Shown here in pieces: positions 37,797 through 49,917 of a stretch of DNA of 64,000 nucleotides. The DNA lies in NCBI RefSeq assembly GCF_038025025.1, contig NW_027117342.1:1984001-2048000 (forward strand). The letters run 5' to 3'. Each line of letters opens with the position of its first letter. The stretch's first letter is position 1. The stretch comes from Phyllosticta citribraziliensis (taxonomy: Eukaryota). The notes under the pieces are model-generated. The model had not been told where the DNA came from. It did no database searches and saw nothing but the letters and a program-made list of their open reading frames with translations. The translations under genes and the position numbers were made by a program.

Positions 37797-38400
37797 ATGT
37801 CCAATGCCGCGCCCTGCAGCTGCCAGGCCGCAACGGCCCGCTGCACCTGTCACCCGTCCCGTTGCGGTAGGTTTGACAAACACATGGGAGCGTGTGCACC
37901 TCCAATCGCGGTGAGTCAAATGTTTCCATATGCTGTCCGTTGCTGTTTTCAAATCTCGTCTGCTTGCCGCTCCATTAACGACCATTTCCAACGCAGAGGT
38001 CCGTCGTCTTTTCCTGCTCTAGTCTTCTGTTTCGAGTCTCGTTTTTGCCGTCAATCTACTGATGGTGACTTGTCGTTTTGTCTTGCGACGACAGTCAACT
38101 TCGGTGAGAAGTGTGCACGACAAGATGTCGGACTTTGGCACGTTGTTTGCTTCGGCTGCTCAAGGCTCGCCATGGAGCAGATCTACAAATGGCGCAGATC
38201 TGGGCAGGAGTTTGCAGCAGCACGAAGAAGGCAATGGGTCTTTGTTTAGCACGCATCTACGCAGTAGCCAGCTAGCGCACATTCTTCCAAGTGCGAGAGG
38301 TAAAATGAAGACAAACATGGACAGAACCCTGCCAAGACGACGTGTTTACCCTGGAGGTTTGACTTGGATCCCTGCACGCGACGCGCAGCAAACATGTTGA
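37797..38400 (+). CDS. Possible small hypothetical protein with Cys-rich N-terminus; exons 37797-37910, 38095-38400
   Basis: MSNAAPCSCQAATARCTCHPSRC...; a GTGAGT donor at 37911, branch-like TACTGAT and a CAG acceptor at 38094 join it in frame to the 38062-38400 ORF. No family recognised. Confidence 0.25.
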
Positions 38401-38963
38401 TTCTATGGATTGAATGTCGATGGGCGGTGGAGCTTCGGGCAGGGCACGTTAGGTAAGCGGGCCGCGCAAGCTGGCGGGGAATGGGGGGCGATGGTGGCCG
38501 TTGGATGGCCCGTGGAAACTCTGGCCAAAGCTTGATCGCTGGCTTCCTTCCTTGGAACCCCAGGCAGGGCATGCGCTCGGTACCGCCAGCAGCCCTCTCG
38601 TCCAATTCTCCGCAACTCCTCCACAGGACGTTTGTCCTTCCGTTGTGCTGCCGCTTCCTCATGCTGTACATTTCATCGCTCGTCTGGCACTCTTGAGAGA
38701 CATGTCATTGAAATTCTGAACTCCGTCGTCCATCGAGAACTGCGTCATCCCCGTCAGGTACAGATTGCGATTCCATGTCCGAAGTCTGGTACCCAACGGC
38801 CTCCCATACGTTGAGGTTGTTGAGGGGCAACCAGCCCAAGCTCTGATCTGATCCATCACCTAACACTTAACAGTCTACTTTTCCTCCCCGCCCTCGCCCT
38901 CGCTCTCGACAGATATCAGTCGCGTCGCCGCCTCGAACCGCTCATGTCCCCCTTTCGCTCGCC

Positions 38964-40217
38964 ATGCTGAACCCGCGACAGCTGCTACCTATTTTGGCCA
39001 TTTCGACGACTGGATTCTTTTGTTTTCTGTTCTACATTACCAACATAAAAGAAGCATGGCGAGGGCTGCCCCAAGTTATTGGGTTGGGAGACGTAATAAA
39101 AGATGAGTCTGCAGCCAATTCCAATGCAACTGCAACGGGCGCCGCGCAGACTGCAAATCCGACGCCCTCAAACAAATGGAAGTCGATTCCGCACTTTGAA
39201 CACGGCACGGGGAAACCGATCGATTTCAATTTCACAAAAGTCCTGGTGATTCCGCACAAGTCCGACGAGGATGTACAATGGATCGAAGAGAACTTGCCCG
39301 AGTACCAAACCGCAATCTACGTTGTCGACAATGCGCGAGCACCGCTGCATCCACCCAAGAACAAGGGCCACGAAGTCATGGTCTACCTGAGCTGGATCAT
39401 CGACAATTACGAAAAACTGCCCGACGTCGCCATGTTCATGCACGCCCACCGCTGGACCTGGCACAACAACGAGCTGCTCGACTTTGACGCAGTGGAGATT
39501 GTCAAACGGCTGAGTCCCAACAGGGTGTTGCGGGAAGGCTACGTAAATCTGCGCTGCCATTGGGACCCTGGCTGTCCCGATTGGATGCACCCGGGAGAGG
39601 TCGAGGACGACAAGTCAAAGCACGAGCAGAAACTGCTTGCCAAAGCGTGGAGCGAGCTGTTCCCGATGGATCCGATCCCAAACGTGCTCGCCCAGCCGTG
39701 TTGCTCGCAATTCGCCGTCAGTAGCGAGCGGATCCGCGCCATTCCGCTGCAACGCTTCGTATCGTACCGCGATTGGCTTCTGCGAACACCCCTTCCCGAT
39801 TCTTTATCCGGGCGCATCTGGGAGTATATCTGGCAGTATGTTTTTACCGGCGAAAACGTCGTCTGTCCAAACGAGCACGTCTGCTACTGCGACGCCTACG
39901 GCGTTTGCTTCGAGACGCACGACGATTTCAGCAAGTGGAAAGAGGACAAGTACAACATGCAAGGCTACGAGTATGAGCTATGGGATTGGCACGAAAAGGA
40001 GGAGCTTGCCCACAAGGCCATGGTCAATGGAGAGTATGAGCAATTGGCACAAGAGGATCTTCCGGCACCCGGGCGAGACAAGTGGCTGGAGCAGGAGATC
40101 TACACCTACAAGCAAGACCTGATCAGAAGGCGAGATGAAGCGATCGGGAGAGGGAACGATCCCAGGAAGCGGGCAGAGGTCGCGGGCAGAGAGTGGCGAG
40201 AAGGCGATTGGTTTTGA
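38964..40217 (+). CDS. DUF3431 family protein with N-terminal signal anchor
   Basis: IYVVD, PKNKGHEVMVYLSWIIDNY..LPD..MFMHAH, WHN, GYVNLRC.W.PGCP, QPCCSQFAVS, GRIWEYIWQ. Confidence 0.88.
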   Translation: MLNPRQLLPILAISTTGFFCFLFYITNIKEAWRGLPQVIGLGDVIKDESAANSNATATGAAQTANPTPSNKWKSIPHFEHGTGKPIDFNFTKVLVIPHKSDEDVQWIEENLPEYQTAIYVVDNARAPLHPPKNKGHEVMVYLSWIIDNYEKLPDVAMFMHAHRWTWHNNELLDFDAVEIVKRLSPNRVLREGYVNLRCHWDPGCPDWMHPGEVEDDKSKHEQKLLAKAWSELFPMDPIPNVLAQPCCSQFAVSSERIRAIPLQRFVSYRDWLLRTPLPDSLSGRIWEYIWQYVFTGENVVCPNEHVCYCDAYGVCFETHDDFSKWKEDKYNMQGYEYELWDWHEKEELAHKAMVNGEYEQLAQEDLPAPGRDKWLEQEIYTYKQDLIRRRDEAIGRGNDPRKRAEVAGREWREGDWF

Positions 40218-40758
40218 TTTGCATGATTGCCGGCAGGGCGTCAGGAATGGACATTGGGACATCTTGGGAGGAATAGTTATGATTGTAATTCGCTTATAGA
40301 CGGAGGATCCTGGGGCGTTGGAAAGGCGTTGTGCTGGCAGCATTTTCCAAGCAAACGTTGCGCCAAAACCTTGAGCAAACCATGGCACATTTCCTTTGCA
40401 TATTTCTTGTGGGTGGTTGGCCAGGTTCGGCCGCGGGGCAGAAAGCCAAAGCATGCCAGGGATGGGGCTCGGCGCTTGCCGAGAGGGAGGTGCAAAATAT
40501 ACAAACACGACACGACCTGACGGTATCATGATCCCAAATACCGCGGCCGGCTTGCGCAGCACACGACGGTAGCAAGCAGCTGTCCATGTAGCGCGCGCTG
40601 TAATGCCATTTCGACTACGTCTTTGCTCCGCTTTGCTGCTAATGCCTCCCTCAGTCTCGTCGCAGCAGCTCCACTTGCCCTTTCGGCCGCCCTGACGCGC
40701 TCAACACCTGAGGTGGCCAGAACCCAGCGCGCATCTTCACCTACGGTAGCTGGCATAC

Positions 40759-42918
40759 ATGAATTCCGCCCCGCTCACCTCCTCCTCCTCCACTGCTGCG
40801 CCCAGCGCCCCCGACAGCCTGCCCGATGGAGACGCTTCCGACACGTACTCCAAACTGCTGGAGGAGAGGATGAGGGACGTCGCACAAGAAGCCACTGCCC
40901 ACGCCATGGCCCATGGCTCTTCGGACGCGTTGAAGAATGGCGTGGCCCCATCGGTGCCAGCGCAATCAGACCAGGGCAATATGGCCGAACTGCTCGAGGC
41001 CGCGGCCAAGGCGACGTCCGAGTCGCAGCGCTGGAACAATACCGCCGGCCACGGTCTGCGCAAGGTTGCGGGACACGCGAACCTGAGAGGCTCGGCCTTT
41101 GAAGAGGATGGTCACGACGCCGCGGGACTCAAGCGCAAGCGCACACCGGAAGACGCAACGAGAGATGGCCCTGAGGATGCAGAAGCCGACGACTACAGCA
41201 CAGGAGCGCCTTCTCCAAGCAAGCGCACCAAGGTCGCGCCCTTTGCTCAAGTCCAACCGCACGTCAACACGCCAGCACCTCAGTCGACCATGGACATCGA
41301 TACTCCTTCGCCGCAGCACAATGTCGCCGCGCAATCACCCCATATGCAGAGCCTGGGAATGACGGATGTGCGCGCCGCAGTCGGCGTCCACTCTGCTGCC
41401 GCTCTGTTTCGCCAGACCCCAACGGACTCGAGGAAGAAATACACACGACCACCCATGCACAAGCTGTTTTCGGACCTTCAGCTCACGCCGGAGAACTTTG
41501 TGCGTCTGCAGGCTTGCGCAAAGGCCTACATGTTGGACGAAAGTCACCCGGAGCGTCAGGAGTGCGTGGGCAATCGCGGCAAAGGCGATGCGGACATGGT
41601 CAAGCTACGCCTGTTCAACTGCGCTCGCGATTTTTTAAACGGGGCCGTCGGCGAGCGCTTCTTTGGACCGTATGTCCCTGCGCCAACAGAATACGACACC
41701 ATCGATGGGAAGCCTGTTGCACCGGACAGGAAGTGGATTTGGCCGCGGGATGCTAACAAGATTGTCAGCCTTGTGACGCCGTTGCTGCGACGTATGGTTA
41801 CGAACGAGAGGCAGAGGCAATATGCGCAGGAGACGAGAAAGGGCGGCAGCAAGAAGCAGGATACGACCTTGCGCGACAGTTCGCAAGAGGCTTCACCAGA
41901 GAAATTGGGTGCATCCATGGACGCGGTGGATCAGAGGCCGCCATCACAACCACCGCTGGACCCTTCTCTGCATTCTCACCATCAATCAAGCCTTCTGGCG
42001 CACTCTTCGCCTTACCAGTCGCCTCAGAAGCAGCACCAAACGCACCTACAGGAAAACTATCCGCAATTCTTCCAGATACCGCGGGCGAATTCTCAGGCAT
42101 TCATCGTGCCGACCTCGTCCGAATCTTCATCTACCAGGCCAACATCGCCCTCGATGGCGCGCCAAACCCTCTCGCCCCGAGGCCACTCCTCGCCTCAACC
42201 ATCGCCACGCATGTCCAACACCGCATCAACCCAAAAACAGCACCACCACGACGCTTCAACAACATCCGCTGCTCCCCCTACCCCTACCGCCGCAGCAGCC
42301 CCCCTACCAGCGGCCCCAGCACCGACAACGACGGCAGCGACAACATCATATCCGCCGCCACGGCCGTCCGAAAACGTCATCCAAATCCTCATCACCCGGA
42401 ACAACATCAAACTTGCGCCGCGCATTGACTTGCCTAGCTTCCCAAGCACTCCGAACCACACGATGCCCCTGGCGCAGCTGCGCGGCATCATCGGCGAGGA
42501 GGTGCGAGCACTCGTCCGCAGCGGCGTCGTACAGGGACAGGGGCAAGACGTCGGCAACGATGCGGCGACAGTGCGTGTCGGGGATGCGGATGCGGCGAGA
42601 ATGGGCGAGGCTGAGGCACCAGGAGGTGCTACCGTTGGCGGTGAGATCGACCACAACACCAATGGCGATGCAACAGCACCACCACAAACGCAGCAGCAAC
42701 ATGGCCACGCCGAAATGGCCCCTACTTCGCCTCTCAGAACATCCGCACAACACGCACCCGTCGTCCCCCCTCCGCGCTACGAACTGCGCGCCCTGACTGG
42801 CCGCGGCCTGCTGCTCGTCGAGACGGAGCGCGACTGGCAGGGCGTCCTCGCCGAGGTGGCCAACGCCGTGTGGATGGAGGGCGCGGTGAGGGTCGTCGCC
42901 GAGGTGTTGGCTGCGTAG
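40759..42918 (+). CDS. Hypothetical fungal protein, 719 aa, possibly nuclear
   Basis: Long ORF with coding-like codon use; globular-looking core KYTRPPMHKLFSDLQLTPENFVRLQACAKAYMLD...LLRRMVTNERQRQYA; KRKR-type NLS-like motifs. Confidence 0.8.
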   Translation: MNSAPLTSSSSTAAPSAPDSLPDGDASDTYSKLLEERMRDVAQEATAHAMAHGSSDALKNGVAPSVPAQSDQGNMAELLEAAAKATSESQRWNNTAGHGLRKVAGHANLRGSAFEEDGHDAAGLKRKRTPEDATRDGPEDAEADDYSTGAPSPSKRTKVAPFAQVQPHVNTPAPQSTMDIDTPSPQHNVAAQSPHMQSLGMTDVRAAVGVHSAAALFRQTPTDSRKKYTRPPMHKLFSDLQLTPENFVRLQACAKAYMLDESHPERQECVGNRGKGDADMVKLRLFNCARDFLNGAVGERFFGPYVPAPTEYDTIDGKPVAPDRKWIWPRDANKIVSLVTPLLRRMVTNERQRQYAQETRKGGSKKQDTTLRDSSQEASPEKLGASMDAVDQRPPSQPPLDPSLHSHHQSSLLAHSSPYQSPQKQHQTHLQENYPQFFQIPRANSQAFIVPTSSESSSTRPTSPSMARQTLSPRGHSSPQPSPRMSNTASTQKQHHHDASTTSAAPPTPTAAAAPLPAAPAPTTTAATTSYPPPRPSENVIQILITRNNIKLAPRIDLPSFPSTPNHTMPLAQLRGIIGEEVRALVRSGVVQGQGQDVGNDAATVRVGDADAARMGEAEAPGGATVGGEIDHNTNGDATAPPQTQQQHGHAEMAPTSPLRTSAQHAPVVPPPRYELRALTGRGLLLVETERDWQGVLAEVANAVWMEGAVRVVAEVLAA

Positions 42919-43624
42919 GATAGACTCGGACGGGGAAGCAGACTTGTACTCTCGATTTCGATATTGGCGTGGCGTTTTGTGGGGGTATTTTGGGACTTGG
43001 TGTTGGAGTTTGTGTTTAGATGGATTGGTGGGTGGCGGGTATGGTGCGGATGGATGGACGGATTGGCGTATGAGGGTTGCATTTGCTTGCTATGGTATGG
43101 CGATGGACGTATGGACGAGATACCTCTTTGATTGTAGACTTGGACTGGGCATGTGCGTGTGGCACCACCACCGTATGGCGTACCTACTGAGCTTTTGTTT
43201 GAAATGAGATGCACATGAAGTCTTTCTGAAGAACTCTGGCCACGCGCGGACGCAAGTACTGGCGTGGCGGTGGCTCACTTCCTCTTGTGCTCTTGTCTCT
43301 TCTCACTTGATGGGAGTGGTGGTCTGTCTCTAGCGTATGTGTGTGTGTGCGGGCCAAGCGTTTTATTCTTTTGCGGCGGTACTCACTAGGCAGCGTGTCA
43401 AGTGACATTCTCTTGAAGGATCGCTGCTTGGGAGAGGCATGAGTTGGTGGAGTGGAAGCGGTGGTGGTAAGGCACGAGGTCGTCAGTCGAGGAAGTGTGG
43501 ACAGACTCTGGGTGGTGGGCTGCTCCCCATACACGACCTCCCCCCTTAAACATGGCACCCTCACAGACCCAAACAATCATAACCCCCTTTTGCCACCTAC
43601 CCGCTCCATACGCACCCCTTCGTA

Positions 43625-43767
43625 GCCTTTATAGCTCAGTGGTAGAGCGCGACACTAGTATACAACAGCCCCCCTTCCCTTTCCCACCCCTGGAGAAATG
43701 ATTGGATCAGACGAGCTGCTGTAGGCTAGCAATGTCGAGGCCGTCGGTTCGACTCCGACTGGAGGCA
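43625..43767 (+). tRNA. tRNA-Thr(AGT) with a 71-nt intron (43661-43731)
   Basis: Acceptor GCCTTTA/TGGAGGC, D arm GCTC-AGTGGTA-GAGC, anticodon stem CGACA/TGTCG with loop CT-AGT-A|A, T arm GTCGG-TTCGACT-CCGAC. Confidence 0.9.
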
Positions 43768-43815
43768 CATGATGTGCTGCGTGGACGACTCACTAGACGC
43801 GTCTGGTGGGAGATG

Positions 43816-43836
43816 TTTTTTTTTTTTTTTTTTTTT
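43816..43836 (+). terminator. T21 tract, probable Pol III terminator of tRNA-Thr
   Basis: First long T run, about 50 nt downstream of the tRNA 3' end. Confidence 0.55.
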
Positions 43837-44032
43837 CTTCTTCTTGCGGTTCGTGGTTTGGGAGGGGGGCACGGATCGGCATGGCCCCCTGATCTTGGTG
43901 ATGGCCCCCGCAGCTGGCACTGGCTCCTGGAAATGTGCAGCCAGGGATTCGTCGGTTAGGCGAGTGAAGTGGGCTGTGGTTCATGCGGTGGGGCTGGAGG
44001 TTGCCGCGCGAGAGTGGGCGAGCGTCAGAGAC

Positions 44033-44092
44033 ATGGATGGATGGATGGATGGATGGATGGATGGATGGATGGATGGATGGATGGATGGATGG
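44033..44092. repeat. (ATGG)15 microsatellite
   Basis: Perfect repeat. Confidence 0.95.
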
Positions 44093-44199
44093 TGATTTTG
44101 TGGTTGTCTTGAAGAAGTTGGGTCAGGTTGGTTGGTGGTGGTGTTTTGGTTGCGTTGCGGTCTGGTGGGGTGATGTGAGCTGGCCGGTCTTTCTTTTGC

Positions 44200-44220
44200 G
44201 GGGGGGGGGGGGGGGGGGGG
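44200..44220. repeat. G21 homopolymer
   Basis: Directly visible. Confidence 0.9.
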
Positions 44221-45548
44221 AGGTGCTGTACTGCACTGTACTGTAGATGAGCGCAAGACAGCAGGTGGGTCTTTCATGTCTACGGCGCCGACAACCTTCT
44301 TCACATGGCGCGCCATTCTGGTCATCCAGCGCGTGCCAACCTCTCGGCTGCCGGTGAGCAGGGTGCCTTCAGTCTTTCGGACACGACTTCATTTCAAGAA
44401 CAATCAAAGAGACAAGCAGATGGGTCGAGACTGACGGCTGAAAAAGCAACGAGGCGAATGAAGCGAGACGCGGCGCATCAAGACAGCCACAGCACAGCAC
44501 AGCACAGCAGGCTGGACTGGACCCGTGAGCAATCAATCAGGTCAGGTATCCAACAGGCAGCGCGAGCGAGATTCGGCCAGGAACAAAGCATGAAACACAT
44601 GGCTTGCGACACATGAGTAGCGAGGCACTGCGGTGCGACTCGACCGAGCGACGTGTGGTTGTTGTCGGGACGTGGTACAGTACGGCGGTGATATGGGCTT
44701 GCGGGATGGTGCGGCGGGACAAGGCAGCGTGCGTGTTTGAGGTGAATGAAGAGATGCAGTCAGTAGGCGCAAGTGTGTCTCTCAAGCTTCTCGCGGCGGC
44801 GTGGGTGGATGGTATTGGCGGCGGAAGAGGCTGAAGAGGGCGCCGTTGGCAATGAGGATAGGTTTGACGCCAAAAGTCAAACGGCAAAGCATCGAGGCCG
44901 TGGAGCAGGCGGGCCCCTTGGTGCATCCACGTGAGGGCTAGACCGCTGCATGTTGCATGGCCGGAAAAAGGAAGAAAAGGGAAAAGTGCTTCGTCGTGGC
45001 GGGGGGTATTAGCTTCCTTGGCCGTGAGATGTGATTGACCGGGTGAGAGACTGACTTGGCGTGGTGAAGAGAGAAAGAAAGAATGAAAGCCCGCGATTGG
45101 CGGTGCAGCCAAAAATATCCAATCCACCCACGCCATGGTGCCTACCTTAGCTCTGGCTCGTCCCGCCAAAGCTTCTGGCTGAGGTGGGCTGCATCTCGGC
45201 GGACTGGACTTGGACGACCGCAGCCCCAAACGGGCGTCTGGCCGGAGCCACTGATTCTACTATCGACGCCGCCATCCATCCATTCGTTGCTTGACTGAAT
45301 GGATCAATGACTTTGGTCTGCTTCCGCCTCGCCTCGCTCCCCCTCGAAGCTTTCCATGTCCACCTTTTTTTGCCGCCTAATTTCAATTTCCCCCAAAGTC
45401 CAAGGCTCGTCTCCCGGGTTTCCCACCTCCCGTCGACATTAAGCATGCTGGTCTGGCTGCACGCATGGACATGAAATCATCTCTGTCGTTCTCGTCGTGC
45501 AGCCCATGTGCCCGCCGTGCAAGATGCCCATGCCAACCACCCTCCGTC

Positions 45549-46759
45549 ATGTCGCACCATCCAACTCGCCGCCTGAGACATGATCAAATTATATCCCGCT
45601 CGCCCGCCGCTCCACCACGCCTGTCGCTGGCCACTTTTGCCCTGCTGCTGCTGCTGCTGCTGCTCCTGTCCGATTGCGCCCAAGCTGCAGCCTCGCATGA
45701 GAGACGAAGCCTGCGCTCGTGGATGAGAAGAGGAGAAATCGTCTACGACCAGAGCCATCCACCGCCCGCCGCCAAGCGGATGCCACTGTTGCATCCTCGG
45801 GACGTCCAAGATGGCGACGACTCGGCTGCGTCGTCGACCACGCCGCCCTCGACATTCCTTGCCTCGTCGGCCACTTACACGGGAGCCGTGTCGACGGCAA
45901 CCCCCACGGCTCCGACGCTGCCCCAGCCTTTTGACACGAGCATCGGTTCCAACTTCACCGCCGCCTCGTGCCCGGCCTTTATCAATTCCTTTCTCGACAA
46001 CTCGACCTTCACCGGCTGCGTGCCGCTGTCCCTGCTCCTCCAGGTATGCGTGCGCGCATGCAATCTTGCCATTCTCGCGCCGCCCCCGCTGACCCGTCGA
46101 GCAGACCTCGAGCTCTTTCTTCGACGACACTCGTTCCCTCGTTCGGACGACCCAAGTGCTGGACGTGGCCTGCAATGTCGATTATCAGCAATGCACCTCG
46201 CTCATGAACCATGTCGCCTCTGAACTCACCAGGGACACCAACTGCGGTGCCGACTTCAAGGCCGAGAATCCGACGGTACGACAGGCGTACAACGGCCTCG
46301 TAGCCTATGCACCGCTCTACCAGGCCGGGTGTTTAAAGGATTCGGCGGGAAGCTATTGTACGTCGCCCGCCCCGTTTAAGCAGGCGGGAGCAGTCCCGTG
46401 TCCTAACCAATCTGAAACTAGGTTTCGCCAATGCCATCACCAACTCGTCCAACCCGACTGATTCGTACCCCTACTACCTGCCCATTGCCATTACCATGCC
46501 GGGCGGCTCGCGGCTCACGTGCAACTCGTGTCTCCGAGACACGATGCATACCTTTTGGACCTACACGGGCAACAAGACGCAGCCAATCAGCGACACGTAC
46601 GCGGCCGCGGCCAGCCAGGTCAACATCCAGTGTGGGCCGCATTTTGTCAACGAGTCGGTGTCTACGTCGAGCTTGGCGATGCCAGCGGCGCCGGCCACGT
46701 CAAAAGCGCTACCTTTCTTTGTGTTTGTCGTCGTCACTCTTCTAACCATATTTTTGTAA
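45549..46759 (+). CDS. Secreted or membrane-anchored Cys-containing fungal protein (DUF7729-like); introns 46044-46104, 46358-46421
   Basis: Hydrophobic N-terminal segment; LPQPFDTSIGSNFT..CPAFI..FL...C.PLSLLLQ-TSSSFF, CGADF..ENP.V.QAYNGL.AY.P.YQAGCL, YCFANA, YYLP; hydrophobic C-terminal tail. The start is uncertain. Confidence 0.8.
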
Positions 46760-47890
46760 ACACTTGCAACGCAGCGGCGTAGCGGGCGCCACGGTTGGCC
46801 GGCCGAGACACGAGCCGGACAGGGTGTGGAGGGTGACCGGCCTGGGATGGCCCTCACTCGCCAATATCCGGCGACATTGTTCCCGCCTTGGTGCCTGCCT
46901 TGGCTCGGACGGTCGTCTGAACGCATGCGACTCTTCAATTTCGACTCGGATCTCTTGTTCGCACTTGTACAGGTCGATTGCTCGCCCTTTTTTGAGAGAA
47001 ATCTTTTCTTTGGGTACATGGTGTTTGTTTGGCAGCAGGATTGCTTTCGTCATACCCCGTTTCAGCGTCAGAGGGGCGTTTCCAGTCGGTATCAAGATGT
47101 TTTGTTTTCCCCGGTTTTTGTTTGGGGAGACATGATTGGCGTGGTGTTTCTTGGGCTGCGGGTTAATTTGGCTGCAGACGAATGGGGCAAATGCGACGAG
47201 CCGCAGCGGCGAGCGGGTCGGAGATTTCTGCAAAGAGGTAAAAAGATGATGTATCGGCGGATGCAATCAACAGAAGTCAGTGGTTGACGATGAAGCGAAC
47301 TGGAAGCAAATGGACGTGGTGCATGACGTAGGTACAGAGCGGTGGCGTTTGGGCGTGAGGCGTCGACGTCGAGCCAGTGATGTGATGGGCAAGATGACGA
47401 TGTCAGGCACCGTCAAGGCACAGCTGGGGAGCCCCAGACTTGAATCGACGGCTTAGCGTGCATGTCCAATGGGTGCACCCGTTTGATCGCCCGGCAGTGG
47501 CTTGGCAACGGGCTAATGCTCCTGTCCCTTGCGGGCCGTCAAGAGCCAAAGGTGCGATGATGGATGGATGCGGAGGATGGCTGCGATGTGGCGATGCTTT
47601 GTCGTGGTTGACCGGGCGAGGCGACTTGTCGGATGCGGGGTTTCTGGCAGCGAGGGAGTTGGCCTGAGGCCGGACGACAGCGACTCAAAGTATTGATTCC
47701 ATCGGCATGCAGGTCATTCATTCGCAAAAAAACAAAACACGGACGGCATGAGCGGGTTTCATCGCAATCCCTGTACTACATCAGCCTTAAACCTACCAGT
47801 CCGACCCAATATGAGGCCGGCCGGCTGCTCGAGCTGCGTTCTCGAGCCTCTCCGCCATTGCCATTGATTCGTCCTGCCCATGCCCAGGCC

Positions 47891-47978
47891 ATGGCCCTCG
47901 CCCTCGAAGCGAAGCCCACTGCTCGCCGCGACATCATCAGCGCCATCCTGAGCCACTACGGCGACGAGCGCGACCTCG

Positions 47979-48027
<49 letters not shown>

Positions 48028-49917
48028 TGTGCTGGCCGCCTACTGTCAAGCGTCACCGACGCCCACTCCGCTGGATCGCTCCAGCAAACCATTGCCCTCG
48101 GTCCCCTCGACGCAGCTGCGAGATAGAGGTAGGGGCATGCACCGCATAGGTACGTACAGCTTTTGTCATTTCACTTTCACTCCTTGCTGAGAGAGATCGC
48201 CGCCCCCGGCACGCTGGCATGCCACAACAATCTCTTGCCTTTCTCTCGCTCGCTCACTCACTCGACCTCCCCTCCCCTCCGCTCCGCTCCACACCATGCA
48301 AATGAGGATGTCCCCTCTTATATCACGGCACGGCACGCTAAGCGCCAGCACCGTCGAACGCCTGGGTTGCAAGCTGACCATGTGTCTGAGCATGAAAGCA
48401 CCAGACGACTCGACGCAGGAACCACGGGCGCGCATCATGGCTCCGCGCTCGCTGTCGCGCAGCAAGCGCCCGCCCGAGCTACGCCTCGTCAAGTCCAACG
48501 GGTCCACCGCAACTTCCGCCAAGACCCCAAGCCAGTCGTCTTCCCCCCCGGCCGACTCTCCCTCTCGACAACATCCAGAACGTGGCAGACGTCACGCTCG
48601 TGGCCGCCTCGACGACGAGCTGCCGCTGCCACCTCCTCCTCCCGAGCTGCCCGACAAGTCCGACAACGACACCATGGGCTCCTCCAAATCAAAGCTGCCG
48701 CAGGACGACCGCTCTTCGCCGCGACGCCTTCACTTCTCCCTTAGACGCAAGCCCGTCAAGAAGCCCTCGCCCGCGGTTGCCGACCCTCCCGCGCCTCCAC
48801 CGGCCACTCAGCTGCACGAGACCAAGGTCCAGCCTTCCCAAGAGCCTCCTCCCGCCCCGCCTCCCAAGCTCCAAAAAGTCAAATCCGATGAAGCTTTGAT
48901 GAGCTCCTCGTCCGCCTCCAAGCATGCTCGTGGCCCCTCAAATGCCGTCTCGGAACCCGTCACGTCAAACGAGCGTCACCATGCTCCTGAACCGAGTGAC
49001 GACACCGTCGTCAGGATCCGCAGGGAGCGTTCCAACACTCCCCCTAGCGAGCCTGACCAAAACGAGCCAATCACCCCTCCCTTGAAACCCGGCCAACCAG
49101 TCCAATTGCTGCCCTCGCCAACGCCGGTACCAGAGGAGAGCCCGTCCAAGTGGGGGCTGACCAAGAAACCGAGCAACTCGGCCATGGCCAATGACGTCGA
49201 TCCCAAAGCGAACTTGCACTTTCGCGGAAAGAGCAGTACGGGTTTTGATATTTTCAAGGTAACATTCAATTGAACCCACAGAGTTTCCTTGGAGCTGACA
49301 ATTTCCAGAGCACGTCCAATGAGCTCAAAGCGACCACGCCACTCTCCCCGGTGCTGTCCCCAACCATGGAATCGCCCCCTGTACGAGTGAACGAAAACCA
49401 AAAACCTCTGACTTCTCCTGTCAAACCGCCAACCCCGCCAAAGGACACTCCTCCCGCTTCACCGATCCTCCCGACTCACCAGCTATTCAACTCCCGGATT
49501 CGCCCCAGGCGCACCACTGCCGCCATGCTCACCCGCATCCATACAGCCTGCTATCACGCCCACGGGCGGTTCCACCGCTCAAGCCAGCGCTTCGTCCCCA
49601 TTGACTGCATGATGTGCTTCTCCAGCCCTCCAGACCACCAGTGGACCTGCACATGGTGCGCGCTGCGCATCTGCCAGCCGTGCCGCGTAAAGCTCGACGC
49701 CGTGCCCCGGCGCGACTTGGACGTCATTGTGCGAGGCCGTCTGCAGGAATGGGAGAAGCAGCGGAAACAGCGCGACTCGATGAATCCGCAGTACCGCAAT
49801 GGCAAGCCCGAGACGTTCCGCGTGAGGGGCCGGGAAAGGAACAGCGTGGTTCCGCCGCGGGGCAAGTTGTCCAGGGGAAGCAAGAGTGAGCCGCTGGCCG
49901 CGGGGAGTTGGGATTGA
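47891..49917 (+). CDS. Hypothetical Pro/Ser-rich protein with (DH)8 tract and C-terminal Cys/His finger; exons 47891-48149, 48405-49258, 49309-49917
   Basis: Frame-compatible GTACGT..GCTGAC..CAG and GTAACA..GCTGAC..CAG introns; C-terminal CYHAH...CMMC...CTWCALRICQPC. Confidence 0.7.
47981..48028. repeat. (GACCAC)8 coding microsatellite
   Basis: Seven perfect units plus GACCAT. Confidence 0.9.
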
